From assembly GCA_965153455.1 (NCBI GenBank), contig OZ234494.1, positions 868,001 to 932,000 of the forward strand: a DNA stretch of 64,000 nucleotides, written 5' to 3'. Below the pieces are notes generated by a model, which was not told where the DNA came from, made no database searches, and saw nothing but the letters and a program-made list of their open reading frames with translations. Position 1 is the first letter of the stretch, and each line of letters opens with the position of its first letter. Below are positions 25,792 through 38,749 of this stretch, piece after piece. This DNA is from Sphagnum compactum. Taxonomy: Eukaryota. The translations under genes were made by a program, and so were the position numbers.

Positions 25792-26011
25792 CAGGATTAC
25801 AAATTTACTCAATGCTCTCTGGAGCTTCTGCGGCTCCAAAGTACCCATTACTCATGGGGAAGCTGCTGTGGTACCAAAGCCAGCCGGCCAGTCACTGCAT
25901 GTGACAAGGATTCCTGGAGGTTCGTTCTCTGGGTTTTCTTTGTCTTTTCAGTTGTCGAGATCTGTGGGGTGCCAGAAGCTTCATATAGCATTGAGTGTAT
26001 TTGTGACCCTG
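25792..26011 (+). ncRNA. MIR1031: pre-miRNA hairpin, miR1031-like (candidate mature 25809-25829, star 25976-25996)
   Basis: 25792-25841 pairs with 25962-26011 without bulges: 38 Watson-Crick pairs, 5 G-U pairs, 7 mismatches, 120-nt loop. The 5' arm contains TCAATGCTCTCTGGAGCTTCT, which matches my recollection of Physcomitrium patens miR1031 (not verified against miRBase). Confidence 0.75.
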
Positions 26012-27610
26012 TTGAATATGGATCTAGTAAAGGGAGGGGCCTGCAGCCGCCCTTGTCATCAGCACATGTATGTTTAAGGTGTTTTGGTTTCCAGCCTGAT
26101 GATGAGGCACCTCAGGGATGCAAATACAAAAGGTAACGAAGTACTTGATCCACATCCCACCCGAGGCAAACTGCTTATAACTGCTTCTTGCTGGTTTTAT
26201 ACTATTTTAGAATCTTTTGTGTAGAACGTCCTGAACGCGCATGGCTCTCATGAGTACATAATAAATCTGAAAAACCTCAAGGAATTCATGCAATGCATGC
26301 TGTGAATGAATCTGCAGTTTTTCAGAACAGACATGCTGCAAAGGAGCCAACAGTTTTCCTTGTATCCTTGATCTGATTTCTGGAACCCTTCTTCCTTGGA
26401 TGCTAGATCTGATGTCGGATCTATCACCCAAGATGTTCATGATGTTTGATAGTTATGGGTCTCATATGCCTCGTGCTTTGTCGCTATATGTGTGGAGTCT
26501 TCGCCTTCACAATTCGTCTAGGATCTAGGAACAGACAGTGATTTGCAGTCGAGAATCTATGAAGACAGGCAGGAGTTGGATGTCAAGATGTGAGGCTTAC
26601 TTCTTGATCAGAAACTTCAGTGTCACATGATCACGTCCTGCCAATCCAAACCCTACAACAATCCACAGCAGCTTCCTGATTTGAGTGTTGACAGCGACAT
26701 GCTTACATGACCCAGAAGCAGATCTTGCAGATCTAGCAATAGTTATGAGCTAGCTAGAAGATCACGTAGGGGACAGCTCGGCAATCAGCAATGAATGTAG
26801 TTGAAGAAATTGTCGAACTCCATGCGATTATTTAGCTGCTAAACACTTTGCAGAACTTACTGTCCTGCTGATCACAAAATGCTTCTTGGAATAAATATAT
26901 CTTGTAAGGGTGTTGCATACATGATCTCTCCAACTCTTTTGGTATGGGATCCGGGGAAGACTAGAAAGGGTTTGTAGCACCCAAGTGGGTTTTGACTCAT
27001 GCACAAATTACACATGGTTCAAGCTCCAGAATCCTAGTCTGCTACGAAATTGGATTACTTAAGGGAAATGAAGTAACTAGAACCCAAAGATGATTATACT
27101 TGAAGCTTCAGAGATTTTGTGAAGTTGAAGAAGTATTAAGGAAAGGGTAGACAATAGAAAGTAATTGCAGCTTACTATGAATTATGTCCACTAGAAACAG
27201 ACAATTTTCACATTAAATTTTGCAGAAAACCTAACTAGATGTTTATCAATAAAGCAGGTATTCAAAGTCATGTTTACATACAGCTGGTGAAGTGATCTGC
27301 ACAAGTTGTACACCCACTGCACGGTTGCATATTCTCGTGACCAGCGCAAAATTATTCCTTACAGTAACTGTCTAAGTATATATCTCCACATTGGCAACAA
27401 GCAAAAATAATTTCAGCAAAAACGCTGCCAATTTTTTTCTCCCCTTGAATGTACTTTGGTAATGGAATCAGCTGCAGCAAGTAAAAATTTCCTGATCAAT
27501 AGCGCATGGTGTATAACACTACTACCACAGCTCACAGCAGCAGCTAAAATATAAAGCTAGATTGATGGAAAAATCAAGAGAAAACCTAGACTGCTGGATA
27601 GTTATAGAAT

Positions 27611-27742
27611 TTGCCTTAATTGGTGCAACAGATCAGATAACTAAAAAATACCCATTGCCTTAATTGGTGCAACAGATCAGGCAACTAAGAAATATCCATT
27701 GCCTTAATTGGTGCAACAGATCAGGCAACTAAGGAATACCCA
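27611..27742. repeat. 44-bp tandem repeat x3
   Basis: TTGCCTTAATTGGTGCAACAGATCAG...AACTAA..AATA.CCA at 27611, 27655 and 27699. Confidence 0.95.
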
Positions 27743-29892
27743 CTGATCTCACAGCAAAAAACTGAACAACTTCGAAGGAAAATGGAGTTGGAAAATATGG
27801 ACTAGGAATTGGAAGTTTGGAGATTCATAAAATTTATTTTTCCGCAATCTGCTTTTCCTGGATCAAAATAAGTGTTCATTTTTGCCATTTCCATTGCCAC
27901 CCATTAATTAATGAGATAGCTGATCTCCAGTTGTACATCTAGAATTTTCCATTTGTCTCATAATTTGGTTGAGATCAAGGTGCTTGCTTGCTTGCTTGGG
28001 GGGGGATTCTAGTTGTGCTGCATAGTATTATTAAGGGCTGAGCTGGTTTAAGTGATCTCTACAATTTCTAGAAATCATGATGAGGGGTTGTTGAAATCTT
28101 GAGGATTTGAAAATTTTGAAATGATGGATATCTTAATGTGATATATTATCAGGTTTGAAGTCTTGAAATCCATTACCAAATTGAGTTATATAATATAAAG
28201 ATTTAGAGAGATAATCAGCCCAAGGCTGTTGAATTTAAGCCATGAACATGGAGTGCAAATTTAGTAGTTTATATTATTGTGCCAATTTAGTCTGCCCAAA
28301 ACCCTAATTTTAATACAGAGTTGGTTTAAATTCCTGGCAATACTACTGAGTTCTGACTTGTTAAGTAAATATCAAGTTCCAGATATAATGGTGTTACTAA
28401 AGTATAGATTTTTATTTTTTTTCCTCCCCAACTTTGCAAGGGAGTAAATATCCTGCCACTCCTGACAATTGTATTATTATAATCTAGATTTTGTATGATG
28501 AAAATTATTCAAGTTATAATTAGTGTGCAAAATTATTGCACAAAATAGTCTACATGTATGTTGGTAGTCTTCATTTGAACTTGAACCATAAATTTACTCT
28601 TGGAATTGTACTTGGGTGTCATACAGAGGTTCATGAAAACTATTAGTGCTTTGCAAGCAAAAACTAGCTTTGTAAATTAATTAACTTAAGACCTCCTACT
28701 ACCCTAATTACACTAAAACTAGGAATGATAATTTCTAAAAAATTCTGATTTTTTAGAAAAATTGAAGCTACTGTTTCTGATGTTTTAAAAAATAGACAGT
28801 CTAGCCCCAAATTATGTACAGAGTCGGTTCATTTCAAGCTTGGGAAATATTTCTGTTTGAGCATTATGTACTACAAACATTGAGAAAGTGCAAGAATTAG
28901 TGCATCCTAAACCCTAAAGCCTGCACTGAATTGTGATGCAAATTAGTAGCAGCTGAAAACAGCGAAATTAATTGCAGGTGGAATTGGGAATTGCAGCTCT
29001 GTTGCCATGGATCAAGATTCTATCAGATTGCTACAAATCAGAGCACCCACCTCAACACAAATTTTCTTTGATGAATAAAGCAGCACACCATCCCCTGGTA
29101 GCCTTCAAGACAGGACCTCAGAAGGTTCAAGTCCTAGGGGTAGCTTTCAGAAGTGTCGGCAGCTGTTCAGGTATTGAAATCCCATGATCACTAGAGATCC
29201 TGTGAACAGTGTGTGATTAGAAGAATGCTGCCCAAGTTGACAGCAATTCTTGTAAGTATAAATAAATTATAATTGTCAACAAGTGCATCAAATTCTTGAA
29301 AGCAATCATCACAAAAATAATTGTAAATCCATAGATCCCCTGAGGCACACAAGCTAAGGACAATTTTTTTCCAATTTTGCAGTTCCAGTTCATGATTCGA
29401 AAATCAAGAGGAACCAGATTTTGTTAAATGGGCCAAGCATATACAAGGTTTTGCTTCATCAATCAATATAGGTCATAAAAGCTTTTGGTCCCACACAGTA
29501 AAAAAGACAAAGCAAGCAATAGCAACTGCAGTATACATAGTGATTCAAGCATTCGTGAGACTAGTGATTACCAACTTAGGCAACTCGTGCCAGATCTGCA
29601 GTATTTTAGAACCGGTGAAACTCGTCAAATTCATCTCTGAACAGCAAGTGAAATGGATCATCTCTTCAGGGCATGTCTTCTCAAGGATCATAACACAACG
29701 AAACCAGACTAGAAATCTGGATGGTTTTGAAGTGTAGAAAACTTAGCTGATCTGAGATTTGAATCTTTGCCCCAGGATGCAGCCAAACTTTGGAAAAAAT
29801 CCTGGATCTGCTCCAGCAGGAAAGTGCAGATCACTCAAAATTATACTTAACTGAAAGATTGAGTGATTGCATAAACTTGCAAATAGATCCAG

Positions 29893-30950
29893 CTAGGAAT
29901 AATAAAGAGGACCCTGTAGTGGGCTCTTCTTTAAAGCCACATATGGCGAAGGATTCCTGTCACTATCTCTGTGCAGCACCATCTTGGGTGCAATTATGAC
30001 TGAATGTGAAACAGGACGATTTGACCTGTGAGAAGACAAGATCGAGATATCACCAAAGTAAATTGGACCAGAGATTGCCTTTTTTTTGCGCCTGCGTACT
30101 ATTGTTGGAGCTGGGAATGTGGACTTTTTGACTAGGTTGCCGAGTGCTGAACATGGTATTGGACAGTATGATGCACCACCTGCGATCTTCTTCGGTTGTT
30201 GCCAGCAATTAAGAAGGTTTGTCCACGAGAATTGGCAGCATTTTTGCACTGTCTGATCTGCAGCTGGGAACTCTTGACTCAGTTTGTACTCCAGAACGTC
30301 TATACCTGAAATCAGCTGGTGAGAAACCTGTGGGCTCATAACAACAGGGAGGCATACGCCTATCAATTGCTGTTGACCCTTCCCCTTTGTCATCGTTGCT
30401 TGAGCTGCAGCTATGAATCCCCCACGTTGGTGAGTTTCAGAAGACACCTGAGAACAGAACAGTACAACTGTTGGCCCGAAGATCACATTATCCCACCACC
30501 CAGCAAACGGAAGGATTTGCAGTCCACGCATAGATAATGCATCACGTGGAGAATTACTGATATCTTCATTATACCTAGAGGTACATGTTCAAATTAGTAT
30601 TAAACTGCAAAGAACTTCAACCCTAAACAGCATTAATTTATTTCAGATGGAGCCTGGGAGAAGTATCACAGCCAAGCTGGGTACAGGAACAATATCAATG
30701 CCATATTGGATCAGTGCTCAAAGAGAATGTCTCCACAATACTCATGCGTGTACCTAATAAGACACCAAAAGTGGTTTTTGACAAGAATCACCTGTGCTGC
30801 ATGGTCGTACGCTTCAGTAGTGAACACTCTCTGGCTTAGATCTTCATGCCCAAATTCCATCACCAGCTGCTGGGGGCTTGCCGATAGAGCTTGCAACACG
30901 GAGGTTTTGATGGTTACCATATTCAATCTAGCAATATCTTTCTGCCTCAT
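29893..30950 (-). CDS. putative two-exon orphan protein, 237 aa, unknown function
   Basis: Exon 30950-30792 (53 codons, donor CAG|GTGATT) joins in phase 0 to exon 30447-29893 (acceptor TTCTGTTCTCAG|). An acceptor TTTTGCACAG lies just upstream of the ATG. A CpG-rich leader/promoter lies at 31300-32500. No recognisable domain. Confidence 0.45.
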
Positions 30951-32317
30951 TGTCGAGTCAGCTCAGCTGGTGCTTACATTATAAGATCTGTGCAAAAGAC
31001 CAAGGCACACATGATATGATCAGGAAATTTTTTTCACACTACCAAAAATGTATGTACAACCTTGAAATGACATAGAACATTCCTCCATGTGCCTTCTGAT
31101 TTAATTCCAAATGGACAGCAGCTGCAGAGAATAAACATGGACACTATAATCTTATTCAGTATAAAATTCCTGGCATACAGTTGCACTTCAACACTGAGCA
31201 CTTAAGAAAGAGCAAGCTAGTATGCAAATGTTCCTACTATTGCCAAAAATGTCTGAAGTAGCGACGATAAGTATCCTGAAGTACCTCAGAACCGGAGCCT
31301 TCTAAAATTTTACTAATATTTTCTTAGAAAACCGACAATCCAGGCGATCGTAGAGCACATGACGATCGAAAAACACAAAAATATAAAGATCTCGAGGGGA
31401 AAAAAAACGAAGAAAAAAAAAGGACAGCAATGCGGTAAGTGAATAAAGCTGCAGAAAAATAGGTGTCTTTGTCCGCGACGCTCGGCCGAATTTGGAATTG
31501 TGAAGTAGATTAGGAAGACGGATACAAACCGAAGTACTCAGGCCTGCTTGACGGGAAGAATGGACAGCGCAAGCAGAAACAGCATATGAACGAAGGAAGT
31601 GCGAGCAAGTCAGTACCTGACTGAGAATGCAATAATCGCATGAATGTCTTGGTATTCGTCCGACTTTATTTCCCCGCAACCAAAGCTTCAAAATCGGGAA
31701 GCATAACAGCAGAGCTTCCAACGAGCAGAAGCTCATAAACTGACAGATGATGCTCGAGAGACTTTCCTTATCACAGCTGCTGCACTAGACTATATAAAAA
31801 ATGCAACGGCACTCCTGAGGAAATAAAATCCAAACAAAAATGGAAAGAAAGAAAAGAGATCTATGATCTGTAACGAATCAGAAAAAAAATCCCGCACATG
31901 ATGCCAAGGAAGATTGCGGTCGCATATTTACAGCACCTGAAAGAAAGAAACAGTGCGCATTCGAACATTTCGTGATGTACAAAACATCCTGCCATAAACA
32001 CCGGCCGCATGAGAAAGAATTTTCGAATTGACTTTGCAAACAAAACAAGAAACAGGGGAGAAAACGAAGACGAAAATAGAAACATGGACCGTGAAACCAA
32101 CCAAGAATGAATGGAACACGAGGAATGCGAACGGCAACATATATTTTTTTAAACAAAAAAAGAAAAGGAAGTTGATCATGGAAAACAAAAAAAATGCTGA
32201 AGTTGCCGTGAGAAAACCGTTGCGAAGAAATCGCCGCAAATCACGCCACCGCTTTGGAGCAAGCGAGCGAGTTGAACAAGAAGAAGAAGACAGCGTTGCA
32301 AACGGAAACATTCCAGG

Positions 32318-32517
32318 AAGAGTAAAATATTCTCCATCATTAAGCCCGTGATTAGTAACAATGATTAATTAGCACATAAATTAATTAGAAACCAATCCTT
32401 CTAATTACCCACCTGCTCCCTCCCTCAAGAGTAAAACATTCTCCATCATTAAGCCGTGATTAGTAACAATGATTAATTAGCACATAAATTAATTAGAAAC
32501 CAATCCCTCTAATTACC
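32318..32517. repeat. direct duplication (about 90-bp unit, 2 copies) in the putative promoter of the orphan gene
   Basis: TTCTCCATCATTAAGC(C)CGTGATTAGTAACAATGATTAATTAGCACATAAATTAATTAGAAACCAATCC occurs near-identically at about 32330 and about 32439. Confidence 0.85.
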
Positions 32518-34046
32518 AAGGTCCTTCACGAGTAGTACATACTAATTAGTAATTACCTACTTAAGAAGTGATGATTCGGACATAAGTAATAACACACTAA
32601 AACACTAATTAGAGAATTAGTGTTTGCTGCCGTGCAGTTTAGTTGATCTGGAGTCACTAAAACAGGCACACAAAATAGGTCAACTTTTTCGGTACTTCCC
32701 TACTTTTCCACAAACGGTCAAAAATGAAAAATCTTTAAAAATCGGGTGCCCTAAATCCGCGCAAATAAATGCCCCCACTTATACACCAAGCCTATTAAAA
32801 GGTTACAATAATTAAAAATAATAAATTCTAAGGGGTTAGAGAGTAGTACCTACCAGTTTTTTTTTTGTTTTTTTCAATTTTGTGGCGATCATCCACAAGG
32901 AGATTTAGCCACTTTTGGCTATAGAACAGCTTATGAAATTAAAATTTCTTAAAATTTATTAAATGTTTTAGAATTCTTTTATATCCTGGTTTGCTTGCTT
33001 GCTTGAACAATGTTTAGAAACATGATGGTTTTTTTTTTTTTTTTTTTTTAAATTTTAATTTTTAATTTTCATTTTTGACAACTTGTTTTTGAAAGAAAGG
33101 GAATATTTAATAGAATTTTTTAAATCACCGAATGATTTTCGCCAAAAAGAAAAAAAAACAATACCCATCTTGGACGTTGGAAATTGGGTTTTCTTCACCA
33201 AAAAAAAGAAATTTAATTTTGAAAATGTGGCAAATTCTTTTGAGGAAAACCCATAGTTGACACTTTAAAACAAGGGGGCTTTTTTTTTATTGCAAAATTT
33301 TCACCCAAAAATGTCTCAAAATAGGGCAAAAGAAAACCCATAGTTGAGGCTTTAAAAACAAGGGCTTTTTTTTTTTGTTGTTGCAAATTTTCATCCAAGA
33401 ATGTCACAAAAATAGGGCAAAATTAGCCATACAAAAAAAAATAAAAATCATTCATCATAAATAATTGTTATACGGCACACCCAAAAATTAGCTTCATTAA
33501 TGGTCTGTGTAAATTAAATATTTATTTTAAAATATTTTAAAATAAATTAAAGTACATGTTTGGGTGGTGGCATGGGTAATATGACAACAACATTTAAGCT
33601 TTTTTTTTTTTTTAAATGGAAATGAATGACAAATGATACCAATGTGTAGGGTGGGTGGGATGACACTTGATACTGGGTAGTTAAGTTAGGTGGATGATCA
33701 AGGCAAGGGAATTTGCAGCACAAACTTATACTTCAAATTTTTTTTTTAATTTTTTTTTAAAAAAATATGTATACTTAATTTTTTATTTTTTTATTTTTTG
33801 GAAATTTATTTTTTTAATTTTTAAAAATAATAATAATACTATATTGTGTTTAGTTGGAAAGAGGTGGAAGAGAAAGGGGGTAGTGTGAGTCAGTGTGCAG
33901 AGGGGGTGGTGGGTCATTCATGGGTTGTCTACAAACTTTGTAGTTTGGTGTAAATTGTCACCAAAGAGGCCCTTTTTTTTAAGGCCCAAAAATGGCCTGA
34001 GGGCTGCTGGCTGCCATAAATTGAATCCAATGTAGACACCAGTGTT

Positions 34047-34254
34047 TTTGTTTGTTTGTTTTGTTGAGATTTTGATATTTCAAATGCATTAGTGAAATTT
34101 TGTTATTGCAAAATGGGAGTAAGTTTTTGGTGTACAAGCATGGGAGCTTTGTTTGTTTGTTTGTTTTGTTGAGATTTTGATATTTCAAATGCATTAGTGA
34201 AATTTTGTTATTGCAAAATGGGAGTAAGTTTTTGGTATACGAGCATGGGAGCTT
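34047..34254. repeat. 105-bp tandem duplication
   Basis: Near-identical copies (GAGATTTTGA at 34066 and 34171). Confidence 0.95.
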
Positions 34255-37200
34255 CATGAGTCAAAAACCAATTCTACATGGTTTTGAGAATCGTTGGTCA
34301 CGGCTCAAGATGAGTTTCTTGGATTTTTTTTTATTTTTTTTGAGAACCATTGGTCAAGGGTTGCTCATATATATATATATATACCCTACCCCGTACCCAC
34401 CGATCCTTCCTTTGATTTTCAAAAGAGAGAACCATCCAACACTAGTGTTTTCTATTCAAAGCAAGCTTCATTTTCCCACTTTTTAAGTGTTGATGTGTTT
34501 GATGGATTGAATTATCAAACCTTGGAGGTGTTGGATGAAACGTGTTTTTTTTTTGGAAGAGAACAAGTATGGAGTTATGTGGATGGGATTGAAGTTTGGT
34601 AATCAATTATCATACTCGTGCAAACCAACCCAATTGAAAAGGTGCAAAGGAAAAAAACACATTTTCTTTGCACTAAAAAATCAATTGATTTACATTATGT
34701 CCCTTGACATGTCTAAGAGCAACCGTTTCACAAACAACTTGTTTCTTGTTAAAATTTTCATACTTGGGTATGTTATATGGATAACCTTTAAACACGATTC
34801 TTGAGGGGGGTTTAGGATATAGGGAGTCTCAAGATAGGGTCTTAGGTCATAGGTTACTTATGTTTAGGTTAAGCAATTGTTTAGGGTTTAGGTTACATGA
34901 ATCAACTACACTTAAAGGCGTCATTCTTTTCATGTGGGCCTTGGGAGCAAGAGATAAAAAATTTAGTAGGTCTTTTGTTTCATGTTTTTTTTTTCCCTTG
35001 CTCCAACTTGTGATTAACGATTACCTTTTGGGTGGTTGTTTTCCTTCATTCTTGCTAGAGAGCCTTGCTTTTCTTTTTTGGTTTATTCATTGTTGCATGT
35101 GTTGCTAGGTCTTTTTCATTTATTTTTTGTTACAAGTGTTTTTTTGTTTTTTGTTTTTTTCATTTTGCTCCTTGTTGTTTTCTTGTTTTTTTGCTACATG
35201 TAATTTTTTCTCTTGAAGCATTGTTCAAATGCTTCATTGTTTTTTTTTACTACATGTGTCAATTGTAGTTGTTAGAGGCGGATCTTGTGTTTCATGGGCA
35301 TTAATGCTGCTCATGCTTATTTTTGGTTAATTGTGGGCTTTTAGTGTTGTTAATTTTGTGTGTTGTTGATGCTACTTAAGCACTTCCAAGGTTGTTCAAT
35401 GTGTTGTAGGTACTATTCATGTGTGTTATAGGTGATGTTCAAACACTTTTAACATTGTTATGTGTGTTGCAAATGCTACTTGGGCATTATGGATGTTTTT
35501 TGAGGTGAGTTACAAGTGTTGTTGGTGTTGTTCAGGTGCTACCAAAAAATTTCAAAATGTTGCTAGGTGTTGTTGGTGTTTTTTGTGTGTTGCCAATGTG
35601 GTTTGTGGTGTTGTCAATGTTTGCAAATGTTACCAAGTGTTATTTGAATGTTGTGCAAGGTGTTTTTTTCAAGTACCACCACTACTAACCCCTTCTTTAC
35701 TTTTGCTCATGGTGTTGCCAGTGTTTTTCATAATATTTTCCCCAATACATGACATGATAAATATGAATTTTCAAAAGTGTATACATCCTTTGTAAATTTT
35801 GTATTGAGTTTTTAAAAATATAACAATTTCAAATGATAATCATTATTTTTATTCTTATTTTGTATAATAAGCTCTAATTCTTTTCAACACATCATGTACA
35901 TTATACCCCATATTGATAAGTAGTAAAACACTTTTGAACTTTTCAAATTTTGGATCAAATTTTTTATAATTTTGAATTTTTGAATTTTTAGATTATTTTC
36001 ACATTTTCTAAGGTATGAAATTTTTTGAATGCGATTAATAGGTTTTTGTCATTTTATTTTTTTTCCCATCAAAATGTTTTTTGTTATATCAATCATTTTG
36101 ATAGGCTTTTGCAAAATTGACTCTTTCTAACACAATAGGTGTGCACTTTCAAATGTTTTAAATTGAAACATAAACTTAAAATTTTATTGAATGGATTTTT
36201 TATTTGAATTCCTGACATTGATCATATGAATGAAAAAACAACAACTTACCATGATTGCCATGGTTTTAAATGGAAAAACATAAATATTTCTCTAATTTTG
36301 ATTATTTTTTTTATAGTCCAAAGCCTTTTTTTGCTCATTGGATTATGATTACTCCCAGTTGTCTTTAATGTTCATACTTCGTTTTGGAATTTTTTTTTTT
36401 TACAATCGATTCCCAATTAAAACTTTTGTAACTAATTCTTTTTGTTTAACTTGTGTAGGATACATGTTTAAAACACTTCATTGGTGAACTAAAAAGATCA
36501 TTGATCTTCTTTATGTTTGTGTTGTGGGCTACATGTGATTTTCTTGAACATCTACATCATCCTCTTCATCTTTTCACAAGCACCCCATTACCTTTACTTA
36601 TTATTGTTTATTACCCTACTTGTAATCACTTAAGGACCCCTTGCCCCTCCCTCTTGTTGTTCATCATCCTAGACACAGTCTTAAGAACCTCGCACTCCTT
36701 TTTCTTGCTTGTTTTTTGTTGTCCTAATTAAGGTTTTTCGCATACCATGGACACCTCCTTTTTGTTGGTCATTGTCTTATTTGTGGTTTCTCAAGAACCC
36801 TTGACCCTCCTTGTTGTTCATCATCATGGTTGTGGTCTTAAGAATCCTGCCCCCCCTCCCTTTTGCTTGTTGTTCATCATCTTAATCATGTTTTCTAATC
36901 AAAAACCCATAGCCCCTCCCTCTTGTTGTTCATCATCTTAGTTGTGGTTTTAAAACCTTCACCCCTCTTTCTTGCTTGTTGTTTGTCATCTTGGTCGTGA
37001 TGTATCAAAAACGGACTAGCCCCTCCTTTTGTTTATTGTTTGTTGTCTTGGTCATGGTTTCACAAAAATTCATGGGCACCTCCTTCTTACTATTTGTACA
37101 TCTACTCATGGTCTCTCAAAAACTCATGGGCATTGTTGTTCATCATCTTGTTTGTCCAGTTTCTTTTTAACCTCCACCCCCTTAGGAGTAAACACAATAA

Positions 37201-38749
37201 AAGGAGCCACAATGTGTGTAAATATTACTTTAAATTATAATTTTATATCTTTGAAAAATCACAAGGGGAGCACAATAAATTGGATTATCAATTTCTTTTT
37301 TTTTTTAAGTTCCATTCCTTGCAAAGTTTCAATGTTCAAACTTGATTCAAATTGATGTCTCAAAAGTCTTTTTGCAAACTTGGGCTCCACGATACTACAC
37401 CTACCAATGATGATGAAATGACAAAAAAGAAATAAGGGTTTACATTTGAAAACTTTGTTATTTTCAGATATATATAGGATTCAAATTGTACAAAATACTA
37501 CCCAATTATCATCCAAGGGGAAATTCCATCCCTATTTTAATTCATTGAAACTTTGGAAGCAATTAAGGTGGATAAACACTAAAGCAAATAAGCAACTGGG
37601 GATTGAATCCTTGAATTAGGTATTTAAGGGAGAAGTTTTTATTGGAAGCTAGCTTAATTTCAAAGAAAAAAAACATGTTAATCTCTTGAAATAATCTTCA
37701 ACATATTCAAATGAAATAACTCATATTCACATTCGTATGAAATTACATGTAAGCATGTGTATGAAATTGGAAAGACACATAAATTCAAATTGTTTTTTGA
37801 AAGGACACAGATTCCAAAAGACAAGAAAAAATTAAATAGATTTGTTTCTCTTTCGATATCTTAAGATCCATAAGGACATTTTGAAACATTACAACTTGTA
37901 AAACATTTATTTTTAAAAATTCCAATTTGGAATCAACCCCTAATAAATTTGCAATTTGGAATTGTCTTTTTGTACAATCTATAACTATAGCCCATCCCAC
38001 CTAAACCAACTCCAATGAAATCATCGTCATTAATTAAAGCATATGTGAATAATTATTTTTTTCTTTATCAAATGTGCACCAATTGTAGACAATATCAGCA
38101 TTGATGATTAAAAGAGAAAAAAACTTAAAATTAGTGAAATTGTTTTTACAACACATTTTAAAACCATTGGTCAAATTTGTTTTTGGCCCTAAAAATTATC
38201 AAATTTGAAGATGTGTGTTTTGCAAAACTTATTCATTTTTGTGTTGTAAAAAAAATGGATGCACAATATATATGATGTAAAATAAAAACATAATCAAAAA
38301 ATATTTATATTGATCTAACACATTGTTGAAAATTATGTATGAAAAATGAATTTTTTAAAATAATAGACCAACACATGAATGCTAATGTTTGCACCCCCTT
38401 CCTTATTGTTCATTGTCATGGTCGTTTTTCTCAAACCCCTTTTCCTTACTTCATGTTGTTCATCACCTTAATCATGGTCTTTTATTAACCCCCACCCCCC
38501 TTCCCCCTTATTGTTTGTTGTTGTAATCCTAGTTTCTCTCGAAGCCCCACCCCGTGCCTTCTTATTATTTGTCATCCTACTTTTATTTTCACAAAAAACC
38601 TACCCTTTACCTCTTGTTTGTCATCATGCTCATGTTTTCTCAATAACATCACCCCCATCTAGTTGGTTGTCAACTAAAATTCACTCCCCCCTCTTGCCTT
38701 TTTCTTTTTCTATTGCTAGTTATTCAACAAAAGTATAATGTTGTAGGCT

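Noticed and set aside
26568-26642. Possible second hairpin (GGCAGGA...TCCTGCC, ATGTGA...TCACAT)
   Set aside because: Only short discontinuous stems; no 21-nt duplex can be formed.
27611-27742. CRISPR-like appearance of the 44-bp repeat (and of the 55.2-55.6 kb array)
   Set aside because: The 'spacers' are near-identical to each other, the context is eukaryotic and there are no cas genes; these are ordinary tandem repeats.
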